Positions 59,415 through 64,000 of a DNA stretch of 64,000 bases are shown here, piece by piece. The stretch spans positions 5,209,286 through 5,273,285 of the forward strand of contig AP018178.1 in NCBI GenBank assembly GCA_002368195.1, read 5' to 3'. The notes under the pieces are model-generated. The model ran no database searches, was not told the DNA's origin, and worked only from the letters and a program-made list of their open reading frames with translations. A program made the translations under genes and the position numbers. The DNA comes from Calothrix sp. NIES-2100. Its GTDB lineage: Bacteria; Cyanobacteriota; Cyanobacteriia; Cyanobacteriales; Nostocaceae. How positions within the stretch are numbered: position 1 is the first letter of the stretch; the number at the start of each line of letters is the position of its first letter.

Positions 59415-60563
59415 ATGACATCTACAGTCGCAATCAACGATAGTCAAAAGTTACACATTGCACCGTTAGAAGTACCATCCCGGTTACTGCTGGGGCCAGG
59501 GCCATCCAATGCCCATCCGGCGGTGCTGCAAGCGATGAATACTTCTCCAGTTGGGCATCTCGACCCAGCTTTTCTGGCACTCATGGATGAAATTCAGTCA
59601 TTACTACGCTATGTATGGCAGACAGAAAACCCCCTGACAATTGCAGTCAGCGGTACGGGAACCGCCGCAATGGAAGCAACGATCGCCAACGTTACCGAAC
59701 CTGGTGATGTGGTATTAGTGGGTGTGGCTGGATACTTTGGTAATCGCCTCGTTGATATGGCGGGACGATATGGCGCAGATGTCCGAACTATTACTAAACC
59801 CTGGGGCAAAGTTTTTACACTAGAAGAACTGCGTACTGCACTCTCCACACATCGTCCGGCAATCCTGGCTTTAGTTCATGCGGAAACTTCCACTGGCGCA
59901 CGTCAACCCTTAGAGGGAGTCGCCGATTTATGTCGTGAATTTGGGACGCTGCTACTAGTGGATACAGTCACCAGTCTAGGTGGTGTGCCGATATTTTTAG
60001 ATAATTGGGGAGTTGACCTGGCCTATAGCTGTAGCCAAAAAGGATTGGGTTGTCCTCCAGGTGCTTCTCCCTTTACCATGAGTCCCCGTGCAATGGAAAA
60101 ATTGCAACAGCGCCGCACCAAGGTGGCTAACTGGTATTTGGATATGAACTTGCTAGGTAAATATTGGGGTAGCGAACGTATCTATCATCATACCGCTCCG
60201 ATTAATCTGTACTATGCCTTGCGGGAAGCACTGCGCTTAGTTGCAGAAGAAGGATTAGCAAACTGCTGGCAACGTCATCAAAAAAACGTAGAGTATCTTT
60301 GGGATGGCTTGGAAGATTTAGGACTGAGTTTGCATGTTGAGCGAGAGTTCCGCTTACCAACACTCACTACTGTCCGGATTCCCGAAGGCTTAGATGGTAA
60401 GGCAATTGCCCGACAGTTACTCAATGAACATAACATTGAAATTGGCGGTGGTCTTGGCGAACTAGCTGGTCAAGTATGGCGTGTAGGACTTATGGGCTTC
60501 AATAGCCGTCAAGAAAGTGTTGACCAACTTTTAGAAGCACTGCGGCAGGTTTTACCTAACTAG
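59415..60563 (+). CDS. Class V aminotransferase (alanine/serine--glyoxylate aminotransferase-like)
   Basis: 382-aa ORF with the PLP-lysine motif SCSQKGLGCPPG. The overall sequence is AGXT/SPT-like. Confidence 0.8.
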   Translation: MTSTVAINDSQKLHIAPLEVPSRLLLGPGPSNAHPAVLQAMNTSPVGHLDPAFLALMDEIQSLLRYVWQTENPLTIAVSGTGTAAMEATIANVTEPGDVVLVGVAGYFGNRLVDMAGRYGADVRTITKPWGKVFTLEELRTALSTHRPAILALVHAETSTGARQPLEGVADLCREFGTLLLVDTVTSLGGVPIFLDNWGVDLAYSCSQKGLGCPPGASPFTMSPRAMEKLQQRRTKVANWYLDMNLLGKYWGSERIYHHTAPINLYYALREALRLVAEEGLANCWQRHQKNVEYLWDGLEDLGLSLHVEREFRLPTLTTVRIPEGLDGKAIARQLLNEHNIEIGGGLGELAGQVWRVGLMGFNSRQESVDQLLEALRQVLPN

Positions 60564-60592
60564 TCATTGGTCATTGGTCATTTGTCATTTGT
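60562..60592. repeat. STRR array abutting the aminotransferase stop
   Basis: tagtcattggtcattggtcatttgtcatttgtc. Confidence 0.8.
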
Positions 60593-60806
60593 CTCCCTTG
60601 TCTCCTATTGACTATTGACAGCCTCAACTAGAAATCACTAAACACGCAGCGTTACTCCGAAGGTAAATAGTTTAGCCGTTTAACTGGTACTTTCCTATGA
60701 GAAAGTACGGTCAAACGGCTTTCAGACAAGAGTTACAAAACTCAGTAAATTTTTAACTCAAGCTGTAGTTTATAAATAGGTTGTTAAGTTAAATTACGCA
60801 ATCAGC

Positions 60807-61154
60807 CTATTTATTCTTGTGGCTTTGTTTGCCTGCCTGAGAATGTTGCTCTCGTGTACCACCACGAGTCCCCTTTCCTTCATTCTCTTCATTATCGTCA
60901 TCATTGCTCTCATTATTTTGGTTGCTCTTGCTACCTTTGTGAGAACTCTTGCCACCTTTGCTACCAATTTCAGCCATATGCTCTCTATCTTGGCTTACAG
61001 CTTCTCCGCCTTTGCGGCCAGCTTCGCGAGCTTCTTCAGATGTAAACTCGTGAGCAGTACCTTTCTCATGAGCAGCATGTCCGCCTTTACTGGCGATTTC
61101 GCGCTGCTTAGCTTCATCCATAGAAGCAAAGCCACGCTTACTTGTGTCTGACAT
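60807..61154 (-). CDS. KGG-repeat general stress protein
   Basis: 115-aa highly hydrophilic ORF with repeated ...KGG... units (ASKGGHA, GRKGGEA and GSKGGKS). Confidence 0.7.
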   Translation of the reverse strand: MSDTSKRGFASMDEAKQREIASKGGHAAHEKGTAHEFTSEEAREAGRKGGEAVSQDREHMAEIGSKGGKSSHKGSKSNQNNESNDDDNEENEGKGTRGGTREQHSQAGKQSHKNK

Positions 61155-61779
61155 TTTAGAACTCCTTGTAGCTAACTAAAGCTGTAAAAGTTTTTAGCAA
61201 CTTGAAACCTTAATTGGCTTCTTATGTCCAATCCTCTTTTTTTAAGTTAGCTACCTAACTCAGTAAGATTCATGTCTCCTTAGGGTGAATCATTTAAGTC
61301 TGAGGCATAACTACAGATGTATGCTAATAAGTAGAAGCACTAAGCCAATATTTTGTCTAGGACTTTGTGAGAACTGAAGCCGAAAATTTATAGATGGTGA
61401 TTTGGTGATTTTGTGTTAGCAAGCAAATGATGATTTTGCAGAGCTTGCTTATTTTATTGATAGGGAAAATTTCTCCAATTGCATCATTCTTAAGCTCAAG
61501 GAGACAGATTGCACAGCGCGATCGCTCTACAGACAATTTCCGGCAAAATTTAGTAATGAGTAAGGCTGTTGCAATCTCAGATTATCCATTGCTTATTGGG
61601 AGAGAAACCCAGCTACTAATAGAGGCAAAAGGATGAGGACAGAGACAATCAGAACGAGTGTGCCTGGATCAATTTTTAAAGTATTCTTCTCTTGTTCTGG
61701 CATTTTGCACCTTTTCACAAATAGGTGAATACACTCAGCCTAAACTATTTTTACCCCTGGCTACCAGCACTATGAGAAT

Positions 61780-62376
61780 TTACTTCACCAATGAGAAGAT
61801 GGAATTGGGTCGTTGGAGTTTTGCAGTGGTGCGTCGAATCGCGGGCTGATTCGCCATTGAATAACCCATGAAGAGAATGTTTTGTCTTTCTTTAGCTGAA
61901 AACGAGACTGTATGAATTACTCCATCTTGCTTCCACATTAGGGAAGAAAAAGGTAGTTTTGGGCTTTGCGTATTTCCATCCAAAAAATAACCTTGAATAT
62001 TTTTGGTTAATGAAATTGCATTACCTGTAGCTTTGTGTTTAGAAAACTCGTACAGTGTACTAACCGCATTCGGGCTATCGGCGCTAAAAGTGCCTACTAA
62101 ACAAGGTGTAGCAGCAGCTTCACAACTAAACAAGCCGATAGTTAAACCGCGAGGGCTGGGAAAAACGCGCACAGTTAATTGACTGAGTAAAACGCGATCG
62201 CTACCATTGCTTAAGCTAATGTGTTCGGGTAAGCGCATTCCATAGCCAGATGGTATATTTTGCTGAATTTCTGGCAATTGAGCCGTAAAAATTTCTGAGG
62301 GTATAGCACTAGCAGGAAGTGTACTGCCCAAAACAGCTAGAACAACTGGTAAGGTAACTAAATTACGACTCAGCAT
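61780..62376 (-). CDS. Hypothetical secreted protein
   Basis: 198-aa ORF with a signal peptide (LAVLGSTLPASA). Confidence 0.45.
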   Translation of the reverse strand: MLSRNLVTLPVVLAVLGSTLPASAIPSEIFTAQLPEIQQNIPSGYGMRLPEHISLSNGSDRVLLSQLTVRVFPSPRGLTIGLFSCEAAATPCLVGTFSADSPNAVSTLYEFSKHKATGNAISLTKNIQGYFLDGNTQSPKLPFSSLMWKQDGVIHTVSFSAKERQNILFMGYSMANQPAIRRTTAKLQRPNSIFSLVK

Positions 62377-62556
62377 GTTTTAACCATTTTTCTAAGTGGA
62401 TAATTAAAAATAAATGAAAAAATGGTTAAACGGCTTTAGAAAAATTACTTATTAATTTGTATTTAAACAATACAATAAAATTGCTACAAGTAGACTAGTT
62501 GAAAATAGGGAGAAGAGAGAACTGTTGAGGGTTGACCGTTGACAACTAAGGGACTT

Positions 62557-62654
62557 GCAAATAAAAAAACATCCCAATCATTAACTTACCAAGCCCGCAA
62601 CCTCGTAGGGGCGGGGTCACCCCGCCCCTACAATTTGGGATAATTTATTTTTTG
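62557..62654. repeat. Family D dispersed repeat, second copy, with nested GGGGCGGGG palindrome
   Basis: See 26129-26223. Confidence 0.65.
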
Positions 62655-62684
62655 GAGTTCCCTGACAACTGACAACTGACTAAT

Positions 62685-63821
62685 TTAAAAATCTACCCCT
62701 CGTTTGAGTTCTACACCTTGATTGGCATAGTGCTTATGACAATAAACTTCGGAGTGAATGCTAGCTAAATCGAAGTATGAAGGTTGATTTTGGCAGCGCC
62801 CGGTGATAATTATTTCCGTATCACGGGGTTTGCGCAGTAAGGCTTGAACAATCGGTTCTACAGGGAGTAATTCTAGGTCAACGGTAGGATTGAGTTCATC
62901 AAGGATGATAGTTTTATACAATCCAGAGGCGATCGCTGTTTTGGCAATTTCCCAACCCCTTTCAGCTTCTACGTAGTCTAATTCTTGCCGGGAATTGCGC
63001 CAAACGATCGCATCTCGACCACAACGTAGATGATCTACTACTTCCGGATATGATTGTTGCAAGGCTGCGATCGCTGCATCTTCGGTGTAGCCACTACCAC
63101 CTTTGAGCCATTGCATAATCAACACGCGGGTAGAACCGGGATGATTTATACCTCTACCTATGGCTTGCAAGGCTTTACCTAGAGCACTAGTAGACTTACC
63201 TTTTCCTGCACCCGTGTAAATTTCAATACCATCAATCAACAGAGCTTTTGCTGTTGGGTGGTGTTGCGGTTTCATTTCTGAGTGCAAATCAGCAATATCC
63301 AGCAGCTTTTGCGGTGCAGCACGTCCGGTAGCAATAATTTCTAAGTCTTGGGGTTTAGATTTGAGTGTCCGCACCACCTCATCAATTGGGAGCAAACCTA
63401 AATCTAGAACTGGGTTAATTTCATCTAAAACCACAACTGAATACAAACCAGAGGCGATCGCACCTTTTGCTACATCCCAACCCCTAGCTGCTTCTACACA
63501 GTCAAAAGCCGTGATTTCGTCGGGTCCAAAAAATTCAGCTCTCCCAGTCCGCACCTGGTCAATTAAATGAGGAAAACCTCGCTGCAAGGCAGCAATTGCC
63601 CCATCCTCATCATAATCCCGTTCTGGCCCCTTTAAAAATCGTAATAATAAGACACGATTTGAATTGCTCGGTGCATTAATTCCCAGGCCAATCGAGCGCA
63701 AAACCACTCCTAAAGCCGCTTGGGATTTTCCTTTCCCCGCACCATCGTAAACGTGAATTTGACCAGTGAGCCGTTCAGGACGCACTTGCGCCGTGCGAAT
63801 ACCGATACCGTTCCTTGTCAT
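62685..63821 (-). CDS. cobO: Cob(I)yrinic acid a,c-diamide / cob(I)alamin adenosyltransferase, tandem-duplicated CobA/BtuR-type domains
   Basis: 378-aa ORF containing two BtuR-like halves. Each half has a GAGKGKS P-loop (IHVYDGAGKGKSQAALG and IEIYTGAGKGKSTSALG), a VVLDE/IILDE segment and a I(I)ATGR motif. Confidence 0.75.
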   Translation of the reverse strand: MTRNGIGIRTAQVRPERLTGQIHVYDGAGKGKSQAALGVVLRSIGLGINAPSNSNRVLLLRFLKGPERDYDEDGAIAALQRGFPHLIDQVRTGRAEFFGPDEITAFDCVEAARGWDVAKGAIASGLYSVVVLDEINPVLDLGLLPIDEVVRTLKSKPQDLEIIATGRAAPQKLLDIADLHSEMKPQHHPTAKALLIDGIEIYTGAGKGKSTSALGKALQAIGRGINHPGSTRVLIMQWLKGGSGYTEDAAIAALQQSYPEVVDHLRCGRDAIVWRNSRQELDYVEAERGWEIAKTAIASGLYKTIILDELNPTVDLELLPVEPIVQALLRKPRDTEIIITGRCQNQPSYFDLASIHSEVYCHKHYANQGVELKRGVDF

Positions 63822-63854
63822 CTCTAGAAAATCCGTATTTTAGCAGTTTTTGAC

Positions 63855-64000
63855 ATCCTCCCCACTGTAGAGGGTGGGGGATTCCCCTGTTATAGGTGAA
63901 TAACACAAGTAGCAGAATAGTGGCACACCAATACGCTAAACAGCCAGAACAATGAGATAATTTCCCCCATCACCGTGGCTATGCCAGTTATACTCTCTAA
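63855..64000 (-). ncRNA. Possible cobalamin riboswitch fragment upstream of cobO (truncated by window edge)
   Basis: The minus-strand 5' leader contains GGTG, GGGGAAA and GCCACT (B12-box-like) elements in the expected order. It is incomplete and weak. Confidence 0.2.

Noticed and set aside
60676-60720. Imperfect inverted repeat CCGTTTAACTGGTACTTTC…GAAAGTACGGTCAAACGG between convergent genes. Possible terminator.
   Set aside because: The stem has several mismatches and there is no U-tract on either side. I noted it but did not call it as a feature.

Overview
This window looks like chromosomal DNA from a filamentous heterocystous cyanobacterium of the Nostoc/Anabaena type. The evidence is the very frequent HIP1 octamer GCGATCGC, many STRR-like heptanucleotide tandem arrays (TTGGTCA/TTTGTCA, ACTGTTG, GACAACT), and a typical cyanobacterial gene set. 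The first ~19 kb reads as a mosaic accessory/defense island. It contains an AT-rich, HIP1-free AIPR-type abortive-infection gene and an ImmA/IrrE protease with an XRE repressor. Next comes a tight three-gene operon: a PD-(D/E)xK nuclease-like protein, a 1207-aa DinG/Rad3-like SF2 helicase and a 982-aa large protein. I interpret this as a candidate pPIWI-RE-type module. An intact IS4-superfamily insertion sequence with perfect 39-bp terminal inverted repeats follows. After it is a two-gene operon encoding a 1780-aa coiled-coil plus P-loop ATPase giant protein and a 387-aa partner. I cannot assign this pair to any described system, and it is my best candidate for a novel system. The island boundary at 19.2-20.5 kb is packed with a 21-bp tandem repeat and at least two MITE families. 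The rest of the window is mostly housekeeping: a DUF1517 protein, a GT4 glycosyltransferase, thiS-thiE, sulfate ABC transporter sbpA-cysT-cysW without cysA, a GNAT, two tandem CPA2 antiporters, ahcY, MscS, sbcC, a PAS-GGDEF-EAL protein, a PatA-like response regulator, an aminotransferase, a KGG stress protein and a tandem-duplicated cobO. It also holds a bacterial major vault protein homolog in an operon with a PT-repeat lipoprotein, a second 21-bp minisatellite, and a second AT-rich HIP1-free islet of three unknown genes (44.2-46.0 kb). No rRNA, tRNA or CRISPR array was found.
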